Source: Bacteroidaceae bacterium (GTDB taxonomy: Bacteria; Bacteroidota; Bacteroidia; Bacteroidales; Bacteroidaceae). From it: a DNA stretch of 64,000 bases. Within the stretch, counting starts at the first letter, position 1; each line of letters opens with the position of its first letter. The position numbers and the translations under genes were made by a program. Where the stretch lies: the NCBI GenBank assembly GCA_017465905.1, contig JAFTVE010000002.1:14865-78864 (forward strand), written 5' to 3'. Positions 16,584 through 26,311 of this stretch are shown here, piece after piece. A model generated the notes under the pieces. That model had not been told where the DNA came from, did no database searches, and saw only the letters and a list, made by a program, of their open reading frames with translations.

Positions 16584-17912
16584 ATGAAAAGATTTTTTGT
16601 TAATGCAATCAACTGGCTGCGAAGCAGAGTAACAGCCATCATGAGGGAAGAGAGAAGAGTGAAAAGGGAAAACCCGAACCCAGAGCCATCACCAGTTACG
16701 TATGACCAAACGCCGTTTGGTCCGCATGCTGCACCGGCAGGTCACGACTCAACATTGCTCCGCGCCGAGGAGTACATCACCGAGCACTACCACCTGCGCT
16801 ACAATCGCCTGAGCCGCGAGCACGAGCTGTGCGAGCGGGAAGGTGGCGCTGCTGCATGGAAGGTACTCGACGAGGCACTGTGCTGCACGTTGCTGATGGA
16901 GATGCAGCATGCTGGCATCGGGCTGAGCAAGCCCTATCTGGTGCGCACCGTGGTGCGGGGCTACAAGCAGGTGGCGCACTACCACCCTGTATGCAGCTAC
17001 CTTGATGCGCTGCCCCAGTGGGATGGGCGCGACCATATCGGTGACCTCTTCCGCCGCATCACTCACGATGATCAGCTGCTGCTATGGCTGCGCCGCTGGC
17101 TGCTGGGCATGGTGGCGCAGGTGCAGGGCCGTCTGGGGCGGTATGGCAACAGCGTGTGTCCGCTCATCATCAGCCGCCAGCAGGGATGGGGAAAGAGCCA
17201 GTTTGCCAAGCTCATCGTGCCGCCCGAGCTGCAGATGTTCTTCGCCGACACCTTCAACCTCGCTCAGGAGGAGACCTGTCTGCGCCGCATGGCCTCGTAC
17301 TGGCTCATCAATGTGGATGAGCTGGACCGCTTCTCGACGCTGCGCATGGCCACGCTGAAAAACCTGGTGCAGCTGGCCACCATCACGCTGAAGCGCCCTC
17401 ACCGCGGACAGATGGAGGAGATGGAGCGCATGGCCTCGTTCATCGCCACCAGCAACCGCCGCTACCTGCTGCGCGACGAGACGGGTAGCCGCCGCTTCAT
17501 CTGCGTGGAGCTGGAGGCGCCCATCGATGTGGCTACGCCCGTAGGCCATGCCCAGCTCTATGCACAGGCGCTGGCAGCCCTCGCGGCAGGCGAGCGCAGC
17601 TGGTTCGACGATGCCGAGGTGCGCCTCATCGAAGCCCACAACCAGGGCTTCTCTACCCAACGAGGCGTGTGGGACCTGCTGCTCAGCACCTTCGAGCCGT
17701 GCGAGGTGCCCGACTCGATGGAGGAGCGCCAGGCACAGCTCTGGCCAGCCACGCATGTCTACGACTGCCTGCGCGAGATGTCGCCTTCGGCCATGGAGGG
17801 CATCGAGCGCACCACCTTCGGGTGGTATCTCAAGGAGATCGGTGCTCAGCAAGTGCGCGTGGACAATCGCCGGCTCTGGGCGGTGAGGAAGATTGCCAAT
17901 GCCAGGGGGTAA
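16584..17912 (+). CDS. VirE-family (virulence-associated E / primase-helicase-like) P-loop protein
   Basis: PQWDG, QQGWGKSQF (Walker A), WLINVDELD (Walker B-like) and SRRFICVEL are typical of the VirE/DUF3874-type proteins common in Bacteroidales. Confidence 0.7.
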   Translation: MKRFFVNAINWLRSRVTAIMREERRVKRENPNPEPSPVTYDQTPFGPHAAPAGHDSTLLRAEEYITEHYHLRYNRLSREHELCEREGGAAAWKVLDEALCCTLLMEMQHAGIGLSKPYLVRTVVRGYKQVAHYHPVCSYLDALPQWDGRDHIGDLFRRITHDDQLLLWLRRWLLGMVAQVQGRLGRYGNSVCPLIISRQQGWGKSQFAKLIVPPELQMFFADTFNLAQEETCLRRMASYWLINVDELDRFSTLRMATLKNLVQLATITLKRPHRGQMEEMERMASFIATSNRRYLLRDETGSRRFICVELEAPIDVATPVGHAQLYAQALAALAAGERSWFDDAEVRLIEAHNQGFSTQRGVWDLLLSTFEPCEVPDSMEERQAQLWPATHVYDCLREMSPSAMEGIERTTFGWYLKEIGAQQVRVDNRRLWAVRKIANARG

Positions 17913-18035
17913 ATACAAATCATTATAGGGTGATATGTGTTGATAATCTGTAGTGTATGGTGACGAAAACGCATTTTTGCCAAGGGGTGGTACTACCCCT
18001 TGACAGAACAAGAATTGGGCGACTTGTAGCGTCTG

Positions 18036-18071
18036 AAAAAGAGACGAGGGTGTGCCGTGCGGCACACCCTC
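18036..18071 (-). terminator. terminator after the aminotransferase gene (GAGGGTGTG...CACACCCTC family)
   Basis: GAGGGTGTGCC-gtgc-GGCACACCCTC, followed on the minus strand by GTCTCTTTTT. Confidence 0.65.
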
Positions 18072-18098
18072 CACCCAATTTATTAACTTACTAATGCT

Positions 18099-19292
18099 TT
18101 ATACCAGCTTGGCCAATGCCTCCTTGATGCGGCGCATAGACTCAACGATGTTCTCATCGCTGGTGGCGTAGCTCATGCGGATGCACTCGGGCGAACCGAA
18201 GGAGTCGCCGCCTACGCAGGCTACGTGGCCCTCCTCGAGGAGATACATGGCGAGGTCAGAGGCTGTCTCGATGACCTTGTCGCCGAACTTCTTGCCGAAG
18301 TAGGCACTGCACTTGGGGAAGAGGTAGAAGGCTCCCTGAGGCTCGTTGACCTCGAAGCCGGGGATGTCGCGACCGAGCTGTACGATGAGGTTGCGGCGAC
18401 GCTCGAAGGCCTTGCGCATCTCCTCCACAGGTTCCTGAGTGCCACGGTAGGCAGCCTCGGCAGCCTTCTGCGATACCGAGCAGGGACCGCTGGTGTACTG
18501 ACCCTGCAGCTTGTTGCACGCCTTGACAATCCATTCGGGACCGGCAATGAAGCCGATGCGCCAGCCTGTCATGGCGTAAGCCTTTGACACACCGTTGATG
18601 ATAACTACGCGGTCGCGTACGCCAGCAAACTGAGCGATGCTCTCGTGACGGCCCACATAGTTGATGTGCTCGTAGATCTCGTCGGCAATGACATATACCT
18701 GCGGATGACGCTCGAGCACGGCTGCCAGTGCGGCCAACTCCTCGCGGCTGTATACAGAACCCGTGGGGTTAGAGGGCGAGCAGAGGATGAGTGCCTTGGT
18801 CTTGTCGGTAATGGTAGCCTCGAGCTGCTCGGCAGTGATCTTGAAGTCCTGCTCGATGCCTGCAGCCACGATGACAGGAGTACCGTTGGCCATGAGCACC
18901 ATCTCGGGATAGCTCACCCAGTAGGGAGCGGGCACGATGACCTCATCGCCTTCGTTGACGAGCGCCATCACCACATTGCATACCGACTGCTTGGCTCCGT
19001 TGGAGCAAGAGATCTGATTGATAGTATACTCCAGGTTATTCTCGTTCTTCAGCTTGTCTACGATGGCCTGACGCAAAGCAGGGTAGCCCGGTACGGGTGA
19101 GTAACGTGAAAAGTTGTCGTCGATAGCCTGCTTGGCTGCCTCCTTGATGTGCTCGGGAGTGTTGAAGTCGGGCTCGCCTACACTAAGGTTGATTACGTCA
19201 ACGCCTTGAGCCTTGAGCTCGGCACTGCGTTGTGACATCGCCAGCGTGGCTGACGGAGAAAGTCGGTTGATAAGGTTGCTTGGTGTGTTCAT
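18099..19292 (-). CDS. pyridoxal-phosphate-dependent aminotransferase (aspartate aminotransferase type)
   Basis: Full-length class I aminotransferase signature, including SPSNPTGSVY and NGVSKAYAMTGWRIG (PLP lysine). Confidence 0.85.
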   Translation of the reverse strand: MNTPSNLINRLSPSATLAMSQRSAELKAQGVDVINLSVGEPDFNTPEHIKEAAKQAIDDNFSRYSPVPGYPALRQAIVDKLKNENNLEYTINQISCSNGAKQSVCNVVMALVNEGDEVIVPAPYWVSYPEMVLMANGTPVIVAAGIEQDFKITAEQLEATITDKTKALILCSPSNPTGSVYSREELAALAAVLERHPQVYVIADEIYEHINYVGRHESIAQFAGVRDRVVIINGVSKAYAMTGWRIGFIAGPEWIVKACNKLQGQYTSGPCSVSQKAAEAAYRGTQEPVEEMRKAFERRRNLIVQLGRDIPGFEVNEPQGAFYLFPKCSAYFGKKFGDKVIETASDLAMYLLEEGHVACVGGDSFGSPECIRMSYATSDENIVESMRRIKEALAKLV

Positions 19293-19380
19293 AACTATGA
19301 TCTATGATTTATGATTTCTTTTTCGGAGTTCTCGGAGCTCTCTGAGTGCTCTGAGTATCAGAGTTCTCCGAGTGCTTTGA
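19293..19380. repeat. simple-word spacer (ATGATYT and CTCGGAG/CTCTGAG words)
   Basis: AACTATGATCTATGATTTATGATTTC...CGGAGTTCTCGGAGCTCTCTGAGTGCTCTGAGTATCAGAGTTCTCCGAGTGC. Fills the whole aminotransferase-ribBA spacer. Confidence 0.8.
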
Positions 19381-20619
19381 TTATTTGGAATTCTTCAAAT
19401 GCAGCGTATGCCCCATGCGGTCCTTCTTGGTACGCAAGTAGCGTTCGTTGTAGCAGTTGGGGGCAATCTCGATGGGCACGTTCTCTACAATCTCAAGGCC
19501 GTAAGCTTCGAGTCCGATGCGCTTGACGGGGTTGTTGGTGAGCAGGCGCATCTTGTGTACGCCGAGCGAGCGTAGTATCTGTGCACCTACGCCGTAGTCA
19601 CGCTCGTCAGCATCGAACCCGAGGTGTATGTTGGCATCCACCGTATCGAGTCCCTCTTCTTGCAGTTTGTAGGCGCGTATCTTGTTCATAAGTCCGATGC
19701 CACGACCCTCCTGCATCATATACACAATGACGCCCTTGCCGGCTGCGTCAATCTCCTCCATCGCTTTGTGTAGCTGGTCGCCACAGTCGCAGCGGCACGA
19801 ACCGAAGATGTCGCCCGTCATGCATGAGGAGTGCATACGCACGAGGATGGCCTCATCTTCCTCCCATTCGCCCTTAATGAGGGCCACGTGCTCGGCTCCG
19901 TTGGAGAGTTGGCGGAAAGGAATGAGGCGGAAGTGTCCGTGTGCGGTAGGCATATCTACCTCTTCGCCACGTTCAATCATCGACTCCGTATCGAGACGGT
20001 AAGCGATAAGGTCATGGATGGTGATGATGGGGATGTTCATCTCTCGCGAGATTTCCATCAGTTGCGGCATACGTGCCATGGTGCCATCCTCATTCATGAT
20101 TTCGATGAGGGCGGCAGCGGGATAGAGTCCCGAGAGACGGGCAAGGTCGATAGCCGCCTCGGTATGTCCGGCACGGCGCAACACGCCCTTGTCCTGTGCG
20201 TAGAGCGGATTGATATGTCCGGGACGGCCGAAGTCCTCAGCGGTACGCTTGGGGTCGGCCAAAGCGCGGATGGTAGCAGCGCGGTCGGAAGCCGACACAC
20301 CGGTGGTGCAGCCCTCGATAAGGTCTACGGTCACCGTAAACGGAGTACCCAAAATACTGGTGTTGTTGTTCACCTGCGGAGCAAGGTTCAACTCCTCACA
20401 GCGCGACAACGTGACAGGTGCGCACAGCACGCCACGTCCGTAGCGGAGCATGAAGTTGACTATCTCAGGAGTTATCTTCTCGGCGGCAACGATGAAGTCG
20501 CCCTCGTTCTCGCGGTCCTCATCATCGACCACGATAACGATGCCGCCTTGGCGGAACACCTCCAAGGCCTGCTCAATGGAGCTCAGCTGCCACGTCTTCT
20601 CATTAGAGTTTTCTTTCAT
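19381..20619 (-). CDS. ribBA: bifunctional 3,4-dihydroxy-2-butanone-4-phosphate synthase / GTP cyclohydrolase II
   Basis: DRENEGDF plus [11 protein letters not shown] (RibB half), and CxCDCG plus EGRGIGL (RibA half). Confidence 0.92.
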   Translation of the reverse strand: MKENSNEKTWQLSSIEQALEVFRQGGIVIVVDDEDRENEGDFIVAAEKITPEIVNFMLRYGRGVLCAPVTLSRCEELNLAPQVNNNTSILGTPFTVTVDLIEGCTTGVSASDRAATIRALADPKRTAEDFGRPGHINPLYAQDKGVLRRAGHTEAAIDLARLSGLYPAAALIEIMNEDGTMARMPQLMEISREMNIPIITIHDLIAYRLDTESMIERGEEVDMPTAHGHFRLIPFRQLSNGAEHVALIKGEWEEDEAILVRMHSSCMTGDIFGSCRCDCGDQLHKAMEEIDAAGKGVIVYMMQEGRGIGLMNKIRAYKLQEEGLDTVDANIHLGFDADERDYGVGAQILRSLGVHKMRLLTNNPVKRIGLEAYGLEIVENVPIEIAPNCYNERYLRTKKDRMGHTLHLKNSK

Positions 20620-22510
20620 ATATGATATCTTGTATTTCTTTATTGGTCTTTACAATCTGTCGCAGGTCTCCCTTCAATCTATGGCGGAAGAAGCAGGCGC
20701 GTGCATAGAAGAGTATGCCTATGGGGAAGATGATGCCGGCAGTCAGGTTCATCCATTTCCGGGGGAGCGGAGCAGCATGTGCTCCGATCGACAGTACGGG
20801 GTAATTGTTCAGTGCCTTGAGTATTTCGTGGCTACGGCTATTGCTGAGCTGCTCTACAATGCTGCTGAGCAGTCCGTTGACTTTGAGTATCTCGCGGTCG
20901 GTGTTGCTCTTGGCTGTAAATATGCGTATGTAGTGCGGGAAGAATCCACGCAAATGATTTCTGTTGTACTCCTTGCAGGCAGTGGTGAGCGCGGTGAGCT
21001 GCTCGCGTATGGTTACGTAGTCCGGGTCATCGATGATAACCTCCTTCATTGCGAGGTGACGCTTGCTGCGTATACCGAGGAGCCAGCGGAAAGCATTCTT
21101 GTAGATGTCGATGTTGAATACGCCTGAGTCCTTGTTGGCCTGGTAGGTGAGAAAGAGTCCCAAGGGTGCCAGCACGGATGTACTCATCCAGCTGCCCCAC
21201 CATACGGGTATCTCGCCCTCGCGGGCCAATTTGGTGCCCGAGGTGTCGAGGATGTAGTATACGATGAAGGTGAACACCGATGCAATGACAGGCATGCCCA
21301 GTCCGCCTTTGCGGATGATAGCACCAAGCGGTGCGCCGATGAGGAAGAATACGAGGCATGAGAGCGACATGGTAATCTTGGCAAACCACTCGGTCTTATG
21401 GCGGCGTATGTTCTTGTCGGCATTGAATACGGTCTTTGATTTCAGTGCTGTCTCATTCTTGAGATTGTTGATGCGCGACTCCTCGCTCTTGAGCCATTCT
21501 CGACGTTGCTCGCGGGTGGATGAGCGGAAGAGGCTGTCGATGTTGATGCGCGTTACCAGCTCTGTCTCTATGTGCTGCTTCAGCTTGGTGGTGTCGCTCT
21601 TGGTGAGCTTGTATGAACCATACGAGTTATTGCTGAGCTGTGCGAAGTATTCACGTCCGATGCTGTCCTGCACGGCCGAGAGGGAGTCAATGTCGTGGCT
21701 CAGACGCTCCATGTTCTTGTTCATGGCGTTGTTGCTGAGGAAACTGCCGTCCATCATGTCGAAGTCGTTGCTGAACTCGATGAGCATGGTCTTCTCACCA
21801 AACTGCTCGCGGCGGTAGGGGATGTTTTTCGAGTTGATTTGTCCGTCCTTGAGGTTCTCGAACTGTTCTCCGTGGTAGAGAATCATTCTTAGATGCTGCT
21901 TGTCCGCTGTAGCCTCAAGGCGTCCGCTATCGGCCTTCAGGATAGTGGCATTCTCGAATCCGTTGCTCATGTTGTAGATGACTACGCCGTAGAGCATACC
22001 CGTGTTGGTGTCCTTCTTCTTTACATAGAGGTTGTAGTTCTCTATGCCATCATAGAAAGCTCCTTCGGGAATTTCCAGCTCAGGAGATTTTTGTTTCATG
22101 GAGATGAGCAGCGTCTGTAGCTGTAAATTGGCGTTGGGAATGGTCACGTTCTGGAAGTAGAAAGATATGCACCCCAATATCACGCTGAAGCCTATTAGCG
22201 GACTCATCACCCTTAACAAGGGTATGCCTGCAGCCTTCATGGCAGTGAGCTCCACGCGTTCGCCAAAGTTGCCGAAGGTGATGAGCGCAGCCAGCAAAAT
22301 GGCCATCGGGAGTGCCTTGGGAACGAGTGTGATGGCTGTAAGGTAGAAGAATTTCATGAGCGCATCCATCGGGATACCCTTGCCTACGAGTTCATCAACG
22401 TATAACCACAGAAACTGCATGATGAAGATGAACAGGCAGATGAAGAATGTTCCGACAAACATGAAGCCGAAACTTTTCAGTACGAATATGTCGAGTTTCT
22501 TGATGCGCAC
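20603..22510 (-). CDS. LptF/LptG-family (YjgP/YjgQ) permease, long form
   Basis: N-terminus (M)[13 protein letters not shown] and the TM pattern fit YjgP/YjgQ. A GTG start is supported by the -7 box at 22536-22543. Confidence 0.8.
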   Translation of the reverse strand: MRIKKLDIFVLKSFGFMFVGTFFICLFIFIMQFLWLYVDELVGKGIPMDALMKFFYLTAITLVPKALPMAILLAALITFGNFGERVELTAMKAAGIPLLRVMSPLIGFSVILGCISFYFQNVTIPNANLQLQTLLISMKQKSPELEIPEGAFYDGIENYNLYVKKKDTNTGMLYGVVIYNMSNGFENATILKADSGRLEATADKQHLRMILYHGEQFENLKDGQINSKNIPYRREQFGEKTMLIEFSNDFDMMDGSFLSNNAMNKNMERLSHDIDSLSAVQDSIGREYFAQLSNNSYGSYKLTKSDTTKLKQHIETELVTRINIDSLFRSSTREQRREWLKSEESRINNLKNETALKSKTVFNADKNIRRHKTEWFAKITMSLSCLVFFLIGAPLGAIIRKGGLGMPVIASVFTFIVYYILDTSGTKLAREGEIPVWWGSWMSTSVLAPLGLFLTYQANKDSGVFNIDIYKNAFRWLLGIRSKRHLAMKEVIIDDPDYVTIREQLTALTTACKEYNRNHLRGFFPHYIRIFTAKSNTDREILKVNGLLSSIVEQLSNSRSHEILKALNNYPVLSIGAHAAPLPRKWMNLTAGIIFPIGILFYARACFFRHRLKGDLRQIVKTNKEIQDIIYERKL

Positions 22511-22535
22511 AGTGACGTCAATCTATAATCACGTG

Positions 22536-22543
22536 CAAAATTA
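22536..22543 (-). promoter_or_regulatory. -7 box TAatTTTG for the lptF/G-type gene
   Basis: Plus strand CAAAATTA, 26 nt upstream of the GTG at 22510. It is embedded in the module AAAATTAGTGCAAGGCGAGCGAAAAA, which is shared with the gmd upstream region. Confidence 0.5.
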
Positions 22544-22721
22544 GTGCAAGGCGAGCGAAAAAACAAGTTTGCTTGTGTTTTTCCGAGCCGAAGCTTAATT
22601 TCTGCTTGCTTTGGTAAATTAATTTTAGTTTAGGTGAGCGAAGAAACTGGTTTCCCGAACGAGTCGAGTGCGCAAAAAAACATTCAGGCTTGCTGCAAAT
22701 ATGATGTCGTCATGTCGCTCG

Positions 22722-23099
22722 TCAGAGTCCTGCTACGCGGCGCAAGTCTTCCATTTGGCTTTCCCACATCTGTATGAGATCCTCTTCCTCTTCGTCGCGT
22801 GCCATCTCGGTGATTTCCAGTATGTGCGCTTTGGTGAGTTCGCTGACGTTGATGCGCAGCTCGAAATAGGTCTTGGGACCCTCGTCGAGCCAATGGAAGC
22901 GGATGTATACCCCTTCACGGCACCCAAGCAGTTCGGCTTCGCGTGTCTCCTCCTTGCCCCATTGGAATGTATACACTCCGTTATTCTCTGTGATTCTGTC
23001 TGCCATCCATGCTTCCAAGCCACCGGTGGTGCCTATGAAGTTCCAAATGATATTACGCGAATTGCCGTTTAGCGGATATTCCAAATGTACCTTTATCAT
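22722..23099 (-). CDS. START-like domain protein (conserved Bacteroidales hypothetical)
   Basis: 125-aa ORF with acidic C-terminus. It resembles a small conserved Bacteroidales protein, but this is from memory only. Confidence 0.5.
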   Translation of the reverse strand: MIKVHLEYPLNGNSRNIIWNFIGTTGGLEAWMADRITENNGVYTFQWGKEETREAELLGCREGVYIRFHWLDEGPKTYFELRINVSELTKAHILEITEMARDEEEEDLIQMWESQMEDLRRVAGL

Positions 23100-23241
23100 A
23101 GCATTGCTCCTTTTTTTTGCGAATATACGAAAAAAAATGGATGAAACAAATATATTCTCTCATTTTTAAGCATATTAATGCGGCTGGTAAAAAAGTTGTA
23201 AAAAAAATCACGTTTTGTTTGGCGGACAGAAAAAATAGTCC

Positions 23242-23249
23242 TACCTTTG
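23242..23249 (+). promoter_or_regulatory. -7 box TACCTTTG for tRNA-Met
   Basis: 21 nt upstream of the tRNA 5' end. Confidence 0.5.
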
Positions 23250-23269
23250 CACCCGCAAATCGCAAGGAT

Positions 23270-23343
23270 GGCGGGATAGCTCAGCTGGTTAGAGCGCATG
23301 ATTCATAATCATGAGGTCCCCGGTTCAATCCCGGGTCCCGCTA
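23270..23343 (+). tRNA. tRNA-Met (anticodon CAU; a lysidine-modified tRNA-Ile2 cannot be excluded)
   Basis: Hand-folded cloverleaf of 74 nt: acceptor GGCGGGA/TCCCGCT, D arm GCTC..GAGC, anticodon stem CATGA/TCATG with loop TTCATAA, T arm CCCGG TTCAATC CCGGG. Confidence 0.85.
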
Positions 23344-23348
23344 CACGA

Positions 23349-23382
23349 AGAGACGAAGCTTATGGCCTCGTCTCTTTTTTTG
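23349..23382 (+). terminator. terminator after tRNA-Met
   Basis: AGAGACGA...TCGTCTCT hairpin followed by TTTTTTT. Confidence 0.7.
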
Positions 23383-23592
23383 TGTCAGTATTCCTCTTCT
23401 GTTATATTTTTTTGTCCTTTGTTTCGTTCTTCTGAATCGTAGTGCTACGATGGATGAAAATGCTCGGCGCATTTCTTAAACTTCCCTAATAAAGACTTTT
23501 TGAACATTTTTGTCCTAAAATTTATTATTTTATTCCGGAAGAAACATTCTACTTTTGGTCACTAAAACAATAATCTCAAAAATCCTTATATT

Positions 23593-24291
23593 ATGAAGCA
23601 AGAACAATCTAAACGGATTCAGACGTCGGTGCTCAATGGCGTGGAAAAGAAGGTGCTCGTATGGCTTGCCGAGCGGCAACCACGCTGGATGACGTCGGAT
23701 ATCCTTACGGGTATCGGAGTGGTGGGGGCTGTCGTTGTGGCTCTGGGCTATTTCCTGTCCAATTACCGGATAGAGTGGCTGTGGCTGGCTTCGCTGGGCT
23801 TTGTCATTAATTGGTATGGCGACTCGCTTGACGGCACATTGGCTCGTGTGCGCAAGACGCAGCGCCCCATCTACGGATTCTATCTCGACCATAATATCGA
23901 TGGTGTTACAATGGCTATCATGTGTGTCGGTGCAGGACTGAGTGATATGCTCAATCTCTACATTGCCATGGCGGTATTGGCTGTTTATCTGCTGCTTTCT
24001 ATCTCGGTGTATATCAATGCTCATCTGAAAGGGGAATTTAAGCTTACCTATGCAGGTATGGGGCCTACAGAGTTTCGCCTTATTATGATAGTTGTCAACA
24101 CATTGTTCATCTTTGCTAATTCTTTGCGCGAGTGGAGTGTGAACTTTACCGTGGCTGGGGTGTCCGTTACTTTCGGCGTGTTTGACTTTATTGGGCTTGC
24201 CATCCTACTGGTGTTGGTGCTCATCTATCTGAACAACTTCAAGCACGATGCCAAGGAGTATGCCGAACTTGACCCGGTGAAACCTTTTTGA
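23593..24291 (+). CDS. CDP-alcohol phosphatidyltransferase family protein
   Basis: GDSLDGTLARVRKTQRPIYGFYLDHNID matches the DG(x2)AR(x8)G(x3)D(x3)D motif. Multi-TM protein. Confidence 0.8.
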   Translation: MKQEQSKRIQTSVLNGVEKKVLVWLAERQPRWMTSDILTGIGVVGAVVVALGYFLSNYRIEWLWLASLGFVINWYGDSLDGTLARVRKTQRPIYGFYLDHNIDGVTMAIMCVGAGLSDMLNLYIAMAVLAVYLLLSISVYINAHLKGEFKLTYAGMGPTEFRLIMIVVNTLFIFANSLREWSVNFTVAGVSVTFGVFDFIGLAILLVLVLIYLNNFKHDAKEYAELDPVKPF

Positions 24292-24330
24292 TAATCTGCA
24301 ATTGGCAACTTGCAATTTGTAAATACAGGC

Positions 24331-24771
24331 ATGAGGTTTCCGCTGCATTATATTGGTAAGGTCTCGAAGTTTGTCGTGTCCAATGCTATGGGTACGGTAG
24401 TCGATACTTTGGTGCTGTGGGTGTGCTCGCATTTCATCTTTGCGGATTATGGCTATGTGGGTGAATATTTGGTGTCGCCGCTCATTTCTTTTGAATGTGC
24501 CGTGTTTGCCAACTACCTAAGCTCATGGCATTTCGTGTGGCGCGATCGTGCGAAACGGTATGGGAAGTCTACTTTTATGCGCAAGTATCTTATGTACAAT
24601 CTCTCCTCCTCAGCTGCGTTTCTTGCCAAGATGGCTGTCCTGCTGCTACTCGAGAGGTTGTTCGGGTGGAATGTAGTAGTGTGCAACCTTGCCGCCCTGT
24701 GCCTCTCGGGGTGTATTAACTTTGCGATGGGCGAGTGGGTGATATTCAGGAAGCTGAAAGTGGAAAGATGA
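24331..24771 (+). CDS. GtrA-family membrane protein
   Basis: Four-TM small protein, KFVVSNAMGTVVDTLVLWV, typical of GtrA. Internal ATG preferred to the TTG given in the track. Confidence 0.65.
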   Translation: MRFPLHYIGKVSKFVVSNAMGTVVDTLVLWVCSHFIFADYGYVGEYLVSPLISFECAVFANYLSSWHFVWRDRAKRYGKSTFMRKYLMYNLSSSAAFLAKMAVLLLLERLFGWNVVVCNLAALCLSGCINFAMGEWVIFRKLKVER

Positions 24772-24801
24772 TAGTATAATCAAGAAGGTTAGTAATCGAA
24801 A

Positions 24802-25644
24802 ATGTCTCTGTTAACAATACAGGAACTGCAACAGGTGTCTCCCCTCTTCCGTGGACGGGTAGGGGGCGCATTGGGGCATGGGCTGATGCACCTGCTGGCA
24901 GTCGATAAACTCAATGCGCTGTATGATCGCCATGCCCACCTCAGTGGTCCCGACTTTGCTCGCAGCGTGCTCGATGACTTGGGGGTACGATACGAGGTGA
25001 TGGGGCCTGGTGCTGAAGCCTTTGCTGACGCATTGTTCGGTGTTCCGTTCATTACGATCAGCAACCATCCTTATGGTGGTATAGACGGTATTATCCTTGC
25101 CGACTTCTTCGGCCATCAGTTCCCGAATTATAAGATTATGGTGAATAAGATTTTGGGGCGCGTGGAAGCGCTATCGCCATCGTTTATCTCGGTTACTCCT
25201 ACGGGCGTGGAGCGCTCCGTGCCTACCAAAGATAGCATTGTAGGAATCCGCCGTGCATTGGGGCAGTTGCGTTCGGGAGGTGCCTTGGGACTCTTCCCCT
25301 CGGGGGCTGTGAGCGACCTCAGCCTTCGCGACCGCTGCGTGCGTGACCGTGAGTGGCAACCTGCTATTATTCGCCTTATAGCCAAGGCTGCTGTACCTAT
25401 ACTGCCAGTTCATTTTTGGGATGGGAATTCCCGTTTCTACTATTCTTTAGGACTAATCGACTGGAGGGTGCGGCTCTTGCGTCTTCCTGCCGAGTTGTTC
25501 AACAAGGCTCACCGTCCCGTGCGTTTATGTGTCGGGGAGGTTGTCAGTGTCGAGGAGCAGCAGGGGTTTCTGGCCACGCATGGCGTGGAGGAGTATGGAC
25601 TATGGCTGCGGAAGAGGGTGTATGGATGTGTGCTTGCAAAGTGA
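24802..25644 (+). CDS. lysophospholipid (PlsC-like) acyltransferase family protein
   Basis: ISNHPYGGIDG (HX4D-type motif) and LGLFPSG are typical of acyltransferases of this family. Confidence 0.65.
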   Translation: MSLLTIQELQQVSPLFRGRVGGALGHGLMHLLAVDKLNALYDRHAHLSGPDFARSVLDDLGVRYEVMGPGAEAFADALFGVPFITISNHPYGGIDGIILADFFGHQFPNYKIMVNKILGRVEALSPSFISVTPTGVERSVPTKDSIVGIRRALGQLRSGGALGLFPSGAVSDLSLRDRCVRDREWQPAIIRLIAKAAVPILPVHFWDGNSRFYYSLGLIDWRVRLLRLPAELFNKAHRPVRLCVGEVVSVEEQQGFLATHGVEEYGLWLRKRVYGCVLAK

Positions 25645-25687
25645 CAAAAATAAAGACGGCTGAAGTATTCAGTCGTCTTCACTTGTG

Positions 25688-25758
25688 TTGGGCTACCCGG
25701 ACTCGAACCAGGAAAGGCAGGACCAGAATCTGCAGTGTTACCATTACACCATAGCCCA
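25688..25758 (-). tRNA. tRNA-Gln (anticodon CUG)
   Basis: Hand-folded cloverleaf of 71 nt on the minus strand: TGGGCTA/TAGCCCA acceptor, GTGT..ACAC D arm, anticodon loop TTCTGGT, T arm CCTGG TTCGAGT CCGGG. Confidence 0.85.
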
Positions 25759-25944
25759 ATCGTTTTCGGCTGCGAAGGTACTGCTTTTTTTTTATCTGGC
25801 AAATATTTTTGTGGATTTTATGAGATTTTTTTGCTGTTTTTTCGAAAAATAGGGTGAAAAGGCTTTTTTAACCTTGCAAAAGAGGCCGGATTCAAGAAAA
25901 CAAGCTATCTTTGTACATTAATATAGTACTTGAATAAAGATTGC

Positions 25945-26304
25945 ATGAACGAAACAGAAGAATTGGTAAAAAGAATTGCCGAGGGCATTCAGGAGAAGAA
26001 GGGTAAAAATATCGTGATAGCCGACCTCAACGGTACGGACAATAGTATCTGTAAATACTTTGTCATTTGCGAAGGCAACACTCCCACGCAAGTGGCTGCC
26101 ATAGCTGATTCCGTGAGCGACTATGTACGCATCAATGCAGGTGTGAAGCCGATAGCTGTCGAGGGCTTGCGCAATGCTCGCTGGGTAGCTATGGACTATA
26201 GCGATGTGATGGTTCATGTCTTCATTCCTGAAGACCGCGTCTTCTATAACTTGGAAAATCTGTGGGCTGATGCTCACTTGACTGAAATACCTAATCTTGA
26301 CTAA
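25945..26304 (+). CDS. rsfS: ribosome silencing factor RsfS
   Basis: YFVICEGNTPTQV and WVAMDYSDVMVHVF..E.R.FYNLENLW motifs. Start placed at the ATG 32 nt downstream of the -7 box at 25906-25913. Confidence 0.85.
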   Translation: MNETEELVKRIAEGIQEKKGKNIVIADLNGTDNSICKYFVICEGNTPTQVAAIADSVSDYVRINAGVKPIAVEGLRNARWVAMDYSDVMVHVFIPEDRVFYNLENLWADAHLTEIPNLD

Positions 26305-26311
26305 GCAACCT

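Noticed and set aside
20603-20619. An FMN riboswitch upstream of ribBA, or a TPP element upstream of dxs.
   Set aside because: The ribBA start overlaps the preceding gene, so there is no leader. The dxs -7 box is only 21 nt from its ATG. There is no room for an aptamer in either case.
23270-23343. Calling the CAU tRNA an initiator tRNA.
   Set aside because: The anticodon stem is CATGA/TCATG and lacks the three consecutive G-C pairs typical of initiators. The 1-72 pair is G-U rather than the initiator-type mismatch. I call it elongator Met, with tRNA-Ile2 not excluded.
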